64,000 bases of DNA. Source: Steroidobacteraceae bacterium (GTDB taxonomy: Bacteria > Pseudomonadota > Gammaproteobacteria > Steroidobacterales > Steroidobacteraceae). Below, piece by piece: positions 28,126 to 37,301 of this stretch; positions within the stretch are counted from its first letter, which is position 1; each line of letters opens with the position of its first letter. The notes below the pieces were generated by a model. The model saw nothing but the letters and a program-made list of their open reading frames with translations, was not told the DNA's origin and made no database searches. The position numbers and the translations under genes are program-made. The DNA lies in NCBI GenBank assembly GCA_035517435.1, contig DATIYV010000070.1:12898-76897 (forward strand), read 5' to 3'.

Positions 28126-30387
28126 ATGGCGCACCGCAGCGAGACGCGGCACATCGGCCGGCTGCTCGGCTGGCTTCGCGACCGGGAATTAGACTTCGAG
28201 CTGGCGGCGCGCTGCGTCGGTTTCGGTGTTTGGCAATGGAATCTGATCACCAATGAAATGGTGTGGTCGGATCGTTGCCGTGAAATTCTCGGTATCGGTC
28301 CAGAGGGCACGCCGTCCCTCGAGTATTACCTGAGCTTCGTGCACCCGGACGATCGCGAGCGGGTGGCACGCAACTCCGACAACGTGCGCTCCGAGCGCGC
28401 GCCCCACGATAACGAGTACCGCATCGTGCGCCCTGACGGCGAGGTTCGCTGGGTGCACAGCGCCTGGCGCACCCAGTTCGAGCGCCACGGAGCCGATCCG
28501 GTGCGCGCACTCGGTGTGATCCTCGATGTCACCGAGCGGCGCCGCGCGACCGAGGCGCGAGCGCGCCACGATGCGCATTTGCAGCACTTCATCGATGCAA
28601 CTCCGGCCGGGGTTGCGATGCTCGATCGGGAGTTGCGCTTCCTCGTCACCAACCGGCGCTTCATTGCCGACACGGGCCTTGGCGACACGCCGATTATCGG
28701 GCGCTCCATTTACGAGGTGTTTCCGGCGCAGCCGGTGCACTGGCGCGATGCGCATCAGCGCGCGCTCGCCGGCCACACCGAGCACACCTACTCCGAGCGC
28801 TGGCTGCACCCCGATGGCAGCGTGCGCTGGGTCAACCGCACGCTGTTTCCCTGGTACGACGAGCGCGGCGAGATGGGCGGCATCGTGCTCATCAACGAGA
28901 TGCTCTCGCCCCAGCAGTACCTGGAGGCCCAGGGGCGGCTGTGGGCCGAGGCCTTCCTGCACAACACCCGCGGCATCGCGGTGGTGGATCCGGCGACCAA
29001 CGAATTCAGGAGCGTCAACGCAACTGGCGCGCAACTCGCGGGCTTCTCCCCCGAGGAGCTGCGCGGGCATTCGATGCTGACGGTCTATCCCGCCACGGAG
29101 CACTCCCGGCTGCTCGCCGCGGGACTGTCGGCCGATACCGGCGGTACGGCGATCCTGCAGACCTGCCAGCTGCATCGCGACGGCACGCTGATCCCCGTGG
29201 AGCTGAGCGTGGTCTCGGTACGCGATGCAGGCGGGCGCGTCAGCAGCCGCATCGTCACCGTCTCGGATCTGCGGGAGCGGCTGCGGGTCGAGGGCGAGCT
29301 GCGTCACACCGAAGCGCAGCTGATCGCGGCCGAGCGTTTTCGCCAACTGGTCGACTCTGCCCCGATCGGCATTCTGCTGCTGGATACCGATGGGGCCTGC
29401 AACTACGCGAACGCCTGCTGGCTCGAGATCGCAGGTCTGCACATCGAGCAGGCGCGCGACCTCGGCTGGTGGGATGCGATCCATCCCGATGATCGCGACC
29501 GCGTGAGCGAAGCCTGGGAGCGGCTGACGCAGGGCTCGCATCTCGACCTCGAATTCCGCTATCAGCGGGAGGGCGGGGAGGTACAGTGGGTCCATGCGCT
29601 GGCCAGTCCCTTGCGCGATGACTCGGGGGCGACCGTCGGCTACATCTCGGTGGATGTCGATATCACCGAGCAGCTTTCGCAGCGCGCGGCCATCGACCGC
29701 TTCCACGGCCGTGTGCGCTCACTGGCGCATCGGCTGGAGCGGCTACGGGAAGAGGAGCGCGGCGAGCTCGCTCGCAAGCTCCATGGGACGCTGCGCCAGG
29801 ACATGACGACGCTCAAGATGGAGATCGAGGCCCTGCGCCATCCGCTGCATGCGCCGGAGCAGACACCCGAGCGGGCAGCCCGGCTCGCGGAGCTCGCCGA
29901 TCGCTGCCTCGATCGCCTGCGGCATATCGCCTTCGAGCTGCACCCGCCCGGCATCGAGGATCTGGGGCTGATGGGCGCGCTCAAACGCTACGGTGAGGAA
30001 GTCGCCGCGCAGTCCGGCCTGCGCGTCGAGATCATCTCCAACGGCGCGCTGCCGGATCTGGGGCAGCGGCGCCTGATCATCCTGTACCGCACCTTCCAGG
30101 AAGCGCTCTCGAATGTCGTGCGCCACGCGCACGCCAAGCGCGTCGATGTGCAGATCTCCGTGCACGAGCGCTCGTTGCGGCTGCGCATGACCGACGATGG
30201 CATCGGCATGGGGGAGAAGGACCGCAACAAGACCGGTGCGTTCGGCCTGCTCGCGGCCTCCGAGCGGCTGGCGCAGATCGGCGGCACGCTGCGCGTGTTC
30301 GGCGTGGCGGGGCAGGGCACGACGCTCGATGCGAGCGTGCCGATCCGCCGCGGCGGCAGGAAGCGCGATACAGCTGAAGGCGCCTGA
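28126..30387 (+). CDS. Cytoplasmic sensor histidine kinase, four PAS domains + HisKA_3 + HATPase_c (NarX/DegS type)
   Basis: Four PAS-like repeats, each ending ...RPDG/HPDG/HRDG..VRWV... H-box LARKLHGTLRQD, N-box ALSNVVRHA, and DDGIGMG. No TM segments. Confidence 0.85.
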   Translation: MAHRSETRHIGRLLGWLRDRELDFELAARCVGFGVWQWNLITNEMVWSDRCREILGIGPEGTPSLEYYLSFVHPDDRERVARNSDNVRSERAPHDNEYRIVRPDGEVRWVHSAWRTQFERHGADPVRALGVILDVTERRRATEARARHDAHLQHFIDATPAGVAMLDRELRFLVTNRRFIADTGLGDTPIIGRSIYEVFPAQPVHWRDAHQRALAGHTEHTYSERWLHPDGSVRWVNRTLFPWYDERGEMGGIVLINEMLSPQQYLEAQGRLWAEAFLHNTRGIAVVDPATNEFRSVNATGAQLAGFSPEELRGHSMLTVYPATEHSRLLAAGLSADTGGTAILQTCQLHRDGTLIPVELSVVSVRDAGGRVSSRIVTVSDLRERLRVEGELRHTEAQLIAAERFRQLVDSAPIGILLLDTDGACNYANACWLEIAGLHIEQARDLGWWDAIHPDDRDRVSEAWERLTQGSHLDLEFRYQREGGEVQWVHALASPLRDDSGATVGYISVDVDITEQLSQRAAIDRFHGRVRSLAHRLERLREEERGELARKLHGTLRQDMTTLKMEIEALRHPLHAPEQTPERAARLAELADRCLDRLRHIAFELHPPGIEDLGLMGALKRYGEEVAAQSGLRVEIISNGALPDLGQRRLIILYRTFQEALSNVVRHAHAKRVDVQISVHERSLRLRMTDDGIGMGEKDRNKTGAFGLLAASERLAQIGGTLRVFGVAGQGTTLDASVPIRRGGRKRDTAEGA

Positions 30388-30395
30388 CTCCGAAG

Positions 30396-31376
30396 ATGGT
30401 ACGACCGATCTCAATGGCGCTGATGCTGACGCTAACGCTGACGCTGGGGGCCGGCCGTATCGCGCCAGTCTCAGCGGCGAACGATGCGGCGGCGCAGAGC
30501 CATCAGGCCCTGGTTCAGCTGCAGCGTGCAACCGACGGCGCTTCCCTTGCTGCGGCTGCACTTCTTGCCCGGGGCGCAGCTCAGAGTGCAGCGGACGCAA
30601 GCCGTGCCCTGCAGGACTTCCTCGTCCCTGGCCGCGCCGCGAGCCTGTCGATGGCTTTGATTGCGCGTGCTGCGGCGGCAGCACCCGAAAGCGCTGAAAT
30701 CGCCTGGCTTCAAGTCACGCTTTGCCAGGCAACGCCCGGATGTGACAGCACACGCTTCGAACAGCAGCTGCGAGCGCTCGATCCGGCCAACGGTGCCTCG
30801 GCGTTCGCGGCGATGGAACGCGCACATCGCGCCCACGGCGAGGCTGCGATTTCGCGCGCCATGCACGATCTGGCTGACTCGAAGCAGCTCGACCTGTACT
30901 GGAGCGGCCTCACGCACGATCTGGGCTTCGCGGTCGTGAGAACTGGCAAGATGCCCGCGAATCAAGCCCTCATCGAAGTGATTGGCCGGCTCGCGGCGCT
31001 GTCGATTCCGCCGTACGAGGTCGTCAGCAGCTGGTGTCATGGCGAGCACCTCACCCAGGGCGATTCGCAAAGCGTGTGCCGCAAAGTCGCCGCGTCGATG
31101 CAGAACGGTGACATCTACCTCACGCAGGGAGTCGGCATCGGCATTGCGAAGCGCGCGTGGCCGGAAGACTCACCCGAATGGCGCGCCGCCGCTCGCGCAC
31201 GGCGGCTCATGGACTATGAGCTGACTGTGCTTGGCAAGGTGCAGCCGCTGAGGCAGTCCGACGTAGATGCCGAGCGGTATCTGGCACTGTATGGAAAATT
31301 TCGGCGCGAAAATGATGTGACGCGGGCACGAATCGTTGCGGCCGGCTACGCACCGGATCCGCCGGACACGCCATGA
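30396..31376 (+). CDS. Hypothetical exported all-alpha protein
   Basis: Signal peptide MVRPISMALMLTLTLTLGAGRIAPVSAAND. Starts 8 nt after the kinase stop. It has more A/T-ending codons than the neighbouring genes. Confidence 0.6.
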   Translation: MVRPISMALMLTLTLTLGAGRIAPVSAANDAAAQSHQALVQLQRATDGASLAAAALLARGAAQSAADASRALQDFLVPGRAASLSMALIARAAAAAPESAEIAWLQVTLCQATPGCDSTRFEQQLRALDPANGASAFAAMERAHRAHGEAAISRAMHDLADSKQLDLYWSGLTHDLGFAVVRTGKMPANQALIEVIGRLAALSIPPYEVVSSWCHGEHLTQGDSQSVCRKVAASMQNGDIYLTQGVGIGIAKRAWPEDSPEWRAAARARRLMDYELTVLGKVQPLRQSDVDAERYLALYGKFRRENDVTRARIVAAGYAPDPPDTP

Positions 31377-31582
31377 GCGACACGACCACCTTCACCTCGG
31401 AGTGCCCGAAGTGCGGGCACGAGCGCCCGCAGCCGGCACAGGCGCGCGATGAGCTGCTCGAGCTGATCGAATCCGGCGGTGACATCGAGGCGTACTGCGG
31501 GAACTGCGATCTCACGTGGACGATCTCGGTGGAGGAAATCGCCGATCTGGAGCGTGCGCTGCGCCGGAAGCCGGCAAAATAA
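31373..31582 (+). CDS. Small zinc-ribbon protein (CxxC...CxxC)
   Basis: ATGA overlap with the upstream stop. ECPKCGHE ... YCGNCDL gives two CxxC pairs. 69 aa. Confidence 0.5.
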   Translation: MSDTTTFTSECPKCGHERPQPAQARDELLELIESGGDIEAYCGNCDLTWTISVEEIADLERALRRKPAK

Positions 31583-31588
31583 TCAAGA

Positions 31589-31613
31589 TTAAGTAGTTTA
31601 TATAACTACTTAA
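31589..31613. promoter_or_regulatory. 10-bp perfect inverted repeat with 5-nt spacer inside an AT-rich island
   Basis: TTAAGTAGTT-tatat-AACTACTTAA begins 7 nt after the zinc-ribbon gene stop and lies about 175 nt upstream of the DUF1592 operon. Confidence 0.4.
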
Positions 31614-31789
31614 TATTACAGGTATTATATCCCGATAAGTCGGCTTGCGGGCCATTGCGGACGAGCATCACAAATCGTTCCGTCGTGGCTGTCGATCGCA
31701 GCGTCATTTCCCACTCGTGCGTCACACGTGCATTCCATATCACGGTGCTGCATCTGCGCGGCCATTGACGGTATGCTCGGGAGCTAATT

Positions 31790-34321
31790 GTGAGGCGCAA
31801 GCTTCGCCGGATGCAGGGGGCAGTGCGTTTCCGGATGGTTCACAAGTCAGGCGTTCATTCCGCCATTGTTCTGAGCACATCAGTGCTGCTCTGCGGTGCG
31901 GCCTCCTGGGCCGCCGCCGAGTCCGCTCCTGCCAGCGATGCGCATGCGCAGTGGGGCCAGATCCAGCACTACTGCGTCGAGTGCCATAACACCGAGGATT
32001 GGGCGGGAAGTGTCGCCTTCGACGCGATGTCGAGCGACCAGGTTCCGGCCGACGCCAAGGTGTGGGAATCCGCGATCCGCAAACTGCGCGGCGGGTTCAT
32101 GCCGCCGCCGGGTGCCAAGCAGCATCCGGACCAGCAGACCGTCAAGGGACTGGTCGCGTGGCTCGAGAACACGCTCGACGCCGGACAAACTGCCGCCACG
32201 CCGGGACGCGTGCCGCTGCGCCGCCTCAATCGCCGCGAGTACGCGAACGCGGTGCGCGATCTCACCAACCTCAACGTCGATGTGAGTGCGCTGCTGCCGA
32301 GTGATGACCGTAAGGACGGCTTCGACAACCAGGCCGTGAACCTGCAGATCTCGCCCTCGTTCCTGGATCAGTACCTGTCTGCCGCCCGCACGGTGGCGAA
32401 GCAGGCGGTCGGCAATCCGACGGCGCCCGCCGTAACGGTCACCTATGGTCCGATCGGCGACATGGTGATCTCGCTCCCGCCCCGCGGCACGCCCGGAGAG
32501 GGCACACAGCAGCTCTATCAGGAAGGCATGCCGTTTGGCACGCGCGGTGGCATCAGCTTTCAGCACGTCTTCCCGGCCGACGGTGATTATCAGCTCACGA
32601 TCGGGGATATGGCGCTCGGGCGCGATGTGCCGCGCATGGAATTCAACAACACGGTGATCGCGCTCCTCGATGGCAAGGAGTTCTACCGCACGGACATCGG
32701 CGGGGATGCCGATCAGAAGTCGATCGATCAGAAGCAGGAGCCGGCCGTGCTGGCCATCAACGGGCGGTTGCGCAATATCCCGTTCCACGCGACCGAAGGT
32801 CCGCACCGGATCGCCGTGACGTTCCTGCATCGCAGCTTCGCCGAGAGCGATGAGCGCGTGCGCCCAATCGCCTTCGGGGGCGGGCAGGAGCGCGTTCAAC
32901 AGGTGCACGCGCTGCAGATTCGAGGGCCGCTCAAGGTCGCGGGCCTGAGTGACTCAGCGAGCCGCGCCCGCATCTTCGTCTGCCATCCCTCGCAGGCGCA
33001 AGGGGAGAGCGCGTGCGCGCACAAGATCATCGAGACGCTGGCGCGGCGTGCGTTTCGCCGCCCGGTGACGGACGCGGACGTGCAGCCGCTGATGGCGTTC
33101 TATGAGCGCAGCAGCAAGCAGGAAGGTTTCGATGCGGGCATTCGCGATGCGCTCGCCGCGATTCTCGCCAGTCCCTACTTCCTCTACCGCGTGGAGGCGG
33201 CGGAAGATGAGGGCGGCTCGCGCGCGCTGAACGATCTGGAGCTTGCCTCGCGGATGTCGTTTTTCCTCTGGAGCAGCGTGCCTGACGATGAGCTGCTCGA
33301 TCTCGCCGCGAAATCCGAGCTGAGCAAGCCGGAAGTGCTCGATCGCGAGGCGCGCCGCATGCTCGCCGACCCGAAGGCGAAGGCTCTCATCGATGGCTTC
33401 GCCTTCCAGTGGCTCAATCTCGCCAAGCTCGATGAGATCGTGCCGGAGCGCGGACTGTTCCCGCAGGCGAGCGGCGTGCTCGACCCGCGCCCGCTGTATC
33501 GAGAGGAGCTGGCGCTGTTCCTCGATAGCGTGTTGCGCAGCGATCTGCCGGTTACCGACCTGCTGACGGCCAACTACACCTTCCTCAACGAGCCGCTGGC
33601 CGAGCTCTACGGGATCGAGAACGTGAAGGGCGGGCAGTTCCGGCGCGTGACGCTGCCGGACTCCAGGCGCTACGGACTGCTCGGCAAGGGCGCCATCCTC
33701 ATGCTCAATTCCAACCCGGACCGGACCTCGCCGGTGATTCGCGGCGCCTGGGTGCTCGATCGCATCCTCGGTACACCGCCGCCGCCAGCCTTGCCCAACG
33801 TCGCCTCACTCCCGGATGCCGGCGGGCGCGGCAAGCGCGCACTGACGATGCGCGAGCGCATGGCCCAGCACAGCACCAGCCCGACCTGCCACGGCTGCCA
33901 CGGGGTCATGGATCCGATCGGCTTCGCGCTCGAGAACTACGATGCGATCGGCGAGTATCGCGAGCGCGATCCCTTCAGCCATCAGCTCATCGACACCTCC
34001 GGCGTGATGCCCGATGGCACCAAGCTCAAGGGGCCGGATGATCTGCGTGCGGCGCTGGTGGCCCGTTCCGGCATGTTCGTACAGTCGCTCACCGAGAAGC
34101 TGATGACCTACGCGCTGGGCCGCAACATCGAGTTCTACGACATGCCCAGCGTGCGCCGGATCGCGCACAACGCGGCGAAGGACCATTACCGCTTCGCCTC
34201 GATCGTGACGCAGGTCGTCGCGAGCGACGCGTTCCGCAGACGCGAAGCGCCCAGGGTTCCTGCACCTGAAACAAAGACGGCGTCGATCACGGCGACGCCG
34301 GCTGAGACCGGAGGCAACTAG
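31790..34321 (+). CDS. DUF1592/DUF1595/DUF1587/DUF1588/DUF1585 multi-domain protein with N-terminal c-type heme motif
   Basis: Signal peptide and CVECHNTEDW (CxxCH). The length and downstream segments (FLYRVE, FAFQWLNL, CHGCHGVMDPIGFALENYD) are typical of the planctomycete-type DUF1592 family. The start could also be 31811 or 31835. Confidence 0.85.
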   Translation: MRRKLRRMQGAVRFRMVHKSGVHSAIVLSTSVLLCGAASWAAAESAPASDAHAQWGQIQHYCVECHNTEDWAGSVAFDAMSSDQVPADAKVWESAIRKLRGGFMPPPGAKQHPDQQTVKGLVAWLENTLDAGQTAATPGRVPLRRLNRREYANAVRDLTNLNVDVSALLPSDDRKDGFDNQAVNLQISPSFLDQYLSAARTVAKQAVGNPTAPAVTVTYGPIGDMVISLPPRGTPGEGTQQLYQEGMPFGTRGGISFQHVFPADGDYQLTIGDMALGRDVPRMEFNNTVIALLDGKEFYRTDIGGDADQKSIDQKQEPAVLAINGRLRNIPFHATEGPHRIAVTFLHRSFAESDERVRPIAFGGGQERVQQVHALQIRGPLKVAGLSDSASRARIFVCHPSQAQGESACAHKIIETLARRAFRRPVTDADVQPLMAFYERSSKQEGFDAGIRDALAAILASPYFLYRVEAAEDEGGSRALNDLELASRMSFFLWSSVPDDELLDLAAKSELSKPEVLDREARRMLADPKAKALIDGFAFQWLNLAKLDEIVPERGLFPQASGVLDPRPLYREELALFLDSVLRSDLPVTDLLTANYTFLNEPLAELYGIENVKGGQFRRVTLPDSRRYGLLGKGAILMLNSNPDRTSPVIRGAWVLDRILGTPPPPALPNVASLPDAGGRGKRALTMRERMAQHSTSPTCHGCHGVMDPIGFALENYDAIGEYRERDPFSHQLIDTSGVMPDGTKLKGPDDLRAALVARSGMFVQSLTEKLMTYALGRNIEFYDMPSVRRIAHNAAKDHYRFASIVTQVVASDAFRRREAPRVPAPETKTASITATPAETGGN

Positions 34322-34324
34322 CCT

Positions 34325-35608
34325 ATGTTTCTCACCAAGAAGCACTTGTCACGCCGCACTGTCCTCAAGGGTGCGGGCGCCTCCATCGCCCTGCCGCTCC
34401 TCGATGCGATGATCCCCGCGCACACGGCACTCGCCAGCACCGCGGCGGCACCCAAGTCCCGTCTTGGCTTCGTGTACTTCCCGCACGGCGCCGTGCAGCA
34501 GTTCTGGACCCCGAAGGGCACCGGGCGTGACTTCCAGTTCTCGCCGATCCTGAAGCCGCTCGAGCCGCTGCGCGACTACGTGACGGTGGTGAGCGGAACG
34601 CGCAACAAGGGCGGGGAGAGCTCCGACCCGCACGGCATCATCGAGATGACCTGGCTGTCCTGTGTCGGTCCCGGCGGACGCGATGCCGCGAGCGATCGCG
34701 GCGTGTCGGCCGACCAGCTGGCGGCCCGTCACATCGGCCAGGACACCCCACTTCCTTCGCTCGAGATCTGCGGTGAGCCCGGCGGCTACAGCTCGCTTTC
34801 CTGGCGCACGCCCTCGCAGCAGCTGCCGATGGAAGGCAACCCGCGCAAGATTTTCTATCAGATGTTCGGCGCCGGCGACACGAATGAAGAACGGCGCGGC
34901 ATTCTCAACGATACCGGGAGCCTGCTGGACTATGTGCAGGATGCGACCGCGAGCCTGAACCGCAAGCTCGATGCCAGTGACCGCGCGCTCGTGGGCGATT
35001 ACCTCGACTCGGTGCGCGAGATCGAGCGGCGCGTGCAAAAGCTCAAAGTGGCCTCGGAGTCCTTCGGCAATCTGCCGAACGCGCCACTGGGCGCGCCCGA
35101 AGATTTCACCGAGCTGCTCGATGTGCAGTTCGAGATGATGGCGCTCGCCTGGCAGACCAATCAGACGCGCGTCATCACCTACCGCCTCGCCAAAGAGGCG
35201 ACCATGCGCAGCTACACGATGGTGAACGTGACCGAGGCGTTCCATCCGCTCTCGCACCACGGCGAAGATCCCGACAAGCTGCAGCGACTGGTGCGCATCC
35301 AGGCCTACCACAGCGAACGCATGGCGAAATTCGCGCAGCGCCTGAAGAGCATCAAGGAAGGCGACGGCACTCTGCTCGATTCGGTTGCCATCCTCTACGG
35401 CAGCAACATGGCCAACAGCGATCGCCACAACAACGATCCGCTGCCCTCGACGCTCATCGGCCGCGCCTGCGGCAAGATCAAGGGCGGCCAGCACCTGCAC
35501 TTCCCGCAGGACACGCCGCACTCGAGCCTGCTGGTGACGCTGTTGCAGCGGGTCGGTGCGCCGGTCGAGAAGATCGCCGACAGCAACGGTCCGCTCGCGG
35601 ATGTCTGA
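34325..35608 (+). CDS. DUF1552-family protein with twin-arginine signal
   Basis: MFLTKKHLSRRTVLKGAGASIALPLLDAM is the canonical DUF1552 N-terminus, plus the HPLSHHG motif. Starts 3 nt after the DUF1592 stop. Confidence 0.85.
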   Translation: MFLTKKHLSRRTVLKGAGASIALPLLDAMIPAHTALASTAAAPKSRLGFVYFPHGAVQQFWTPKGTGRDFQFSPILKPLEPLRDYVTVVSGTRNKGGESSDPHGIIEMTWLSCVGPGGRDAASDRGVSADQLAARHIGQDTPLPSLEICGEPGGYSSLSWRTPSQQLPMEGNPRKIFYQMFGAGDTNEERRGILNDTGSLLDYVQDATASLNRKLDASDRALVGDYLDSVREIERRVQKLKVASESFGNLPNAPLGAPEDFTELLDVQFEMMALAWQTNQTRVITYRLAKEATMRSYTMVNVTEAFHPLSHHGEDPDKLQRLVRIQAYHSERMAKFAQRLKSIKEGDGTLLDSVAILYGSNMANSDRHNNDPLPSTLIGRACGKIKGGQHLHFPQDTPHSSLLVTLLQRVGAPVEKIADSNGPLADV

Positions 35609-37286
35609 GAGCATACGCCATCCGCGCGCAATCGCTCGCGTCTCGGCCCTCGCGCTGTCGGCGGCGATACTCGGCATCAGCTTCGATGCCGGGGCGGCAG
35701 CGACCGCGGCTCCCCAGGAGCGCGGGCCGGATGGCAGCACGCCGCTGCAGTGGGCGGTGTACCGGGTCGATGCGGCCGAGGTGAAGCGCCTGCTGCGCGC
35801 GGGCGCCAGAGTGTCCGAAGCGAACGACTACGGCGTCACGCCGATGCAGCTCGCCTCGGTGACCGGCGATGCGACGATCATCAAGCTGCTGCTCGATGCC
35901 GGCGCCGACCCTGAATCCACTAACGCCGAAGGGCAGACCGCGCTCATGGCCGTCGCCCGCACCGGCAACGTCGAGGCCGCAAAGCTGCTCCTTAAGCACG
36001 GCGCGAAAGTCGATGCGCGCGAGCAGTGGGGCGAGCAGACGGCGCTGATGTGGGCGAGCGCCCGCCGGCACCCGCAGATGATGGAGCTGCTGATCTCCCA
36101 CGGCGCGGATATCAATGCGCGCTCGGCGTGGCGCAACTGGGAGCGCCACGTCACCGCCGAGAGCCGTGCCAAGCGCACCAACGCGGGCGGACTCACGCCC
36201 CTCATGTTCGCCGCGCGCGAGAACTGCCGCGCGTGCGTCGAGGTGCTGCTCAAACACCACGTCGATGTGGACAAGCCCGATCCGGACGGCTTCGCGCCGG
36301 TCACCGTCGCCATTCTCAACGGCCACTGGGACATCGCGAAACGCCTGATCGATGCCGGCGCGGATGTGAACCAGTGGGACATGTACGGCCAGGGACCGCT
36401 CTACGCCGCCATTGTGGCCAGTGCGCCCGGTGGCGGCGGCTTATTCGGCGGTGGCCCCGTCATCAACCCGTCGGATCCGCCGGACCAGGCGAGCCCGAAG
36501 GACGTGATCACGCTGCTCCTGAACAAGGGCGCGAACCCGAATATGCAGCTCTTCTACCGGCCGGCGGGCCGGGGCGCCGGCGGCGCCGCCCGTGGCGCGA
36601 CGCCGCTGTTCGCGGCGGCCAGCGAGGATGATCCGGAGCTGGTGAAGCTGCTGCTGGCGCACGGCGCCGATGCCAGGCTGTACCAGGCCGACGGCCAGAC
36701 GCCGATCATGGCGGCGCTCGGCGGCCGCGGCTCCTTTGGCGGCGGTGGCGCCGCGAATGTGGAGCGGGCGGCCGAAGTACTCAAACTGCTGCATGACGCT
36801 GGCACCGCCGTCGATGTCATGGCCATCCAGCACCATCTGCTGCGGACCCGGGGCGGCACGGCGCTGCATTACGCGGTGCGCGCCGGCTCCAAGCCGCTGA
36901 TCGAGCTGCTGGTGTCCTGGGGCGTCGATGTGAACGCGCGCGATCCGGATGGCCTCACGGCCCTGGACTACGCCATGGCGCGCGGCTACGTACCGTTCCT
37001 GCAGCAGCGGCCGGCGCCGCGCGCGGACCTCGCCAAGCTCCTGCGCGATTCGGGTGCCACGGTAGAATTGAGCAAGCTTCCCGACTGGCCGCCCGTGGGT
37101 CCGCCGATCGGCTACGAGGCGACGATCTGGCCGCTGCAGGTGAACGACGGACTGAAGTCCGCGAGCACGGTGTACCCGCCCATGTACCCGCCAGGCGACC
37201 TGCCCAGGTATCTGGCTCGTGAGGCTGAACAGTCCCCGCCCGTTGCGGCGGCGCTGCCGGCGTCGCTCCCCGTCGCCAAACAATAA
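35601..37286 (+). CDS. Exported ankyrin-repeat protein
   Basis: The ATG at 35601 overlaps the DUF1552 stop by 8 nt. Signal peptide, then about 10 ANK repeats (G.TPL..A......LLL..GAD.N pattern, e.g. GVTPMQLASVTGDATIIKLLLDAGADPES). Confidence 0.8.
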   Translation: MSESIRHPRAIARVSALALSAAILGISFDAGAAATAAPQERGPDGSTPLQWAVYRVDAAEVKRLLRAGARVSEANDYGVTPMQLASVTGDATIIKLLLDAGADPESTNAEGQTALMAVARTGNVEAAKLLLKHGAKVDAREQWGEQTALMWASARRHPQMMELLISHGADINARSAWRNWERHVTAESRAKRTNAGGLTPLMFAARENCRACVEVLLKHHVDVDKPDPDGFAPVTVAILNGHWDIAKRLIDAGADVNQWDMYGQGPLYAAIVASAPGGGGLFGGGPVINPSDPPDQASPKDVITLLLNKGANPNMQLFYRPAGRGAGGAARGATPLFAAASEDDPELVKLLLAHGADARLYQADGQTPIMAALGGRGSFGGGGAANVERAAEVLKLLHDAGTAVDVMAIQHHLLRTRGGTALHYAVRAGSKPLIELLVSWGVDVNARDPDGLTALDYAMARGYVPFLQQRPAPRADLAKLLRDSGATVELSKLPDWPPVGPPIGYEATIWPLQVNDGLKSASTVYPPMYPPGDLPRYLAREAEQSPPVAAALPASLPVAKQ

Positions 37287-37301
37287 TCCAAGGGGCTTGA
37301 A

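Noticed and set aside
30421-30450. Short 6-bp periodic repeat (ACGCTN x3-4), considered as a microsatellite or array.
   Set aside because: It simply encodes LTLTLTL in a signal peptide. It is too short and imperfect to be a CRISPR array or a contingency locus.
31589-31613. LexA (SOS) box: resemblance of TTAAGTAGTT...AACTACTTAA to the Xanthomonadales TTAG-N6-TACTA box, and of GTTC-N8-GTTC at 46771-46786 to the alphaproteobacterial GTTC-N7-GTTC box.
   Set aside because: The half-sites and spacing do not match (TAGTT versus TAGTA; N8 versus N7), and the neighbouring genes are not SOS genes. The SRAP gene at 17289-17960 has no such site upstream.
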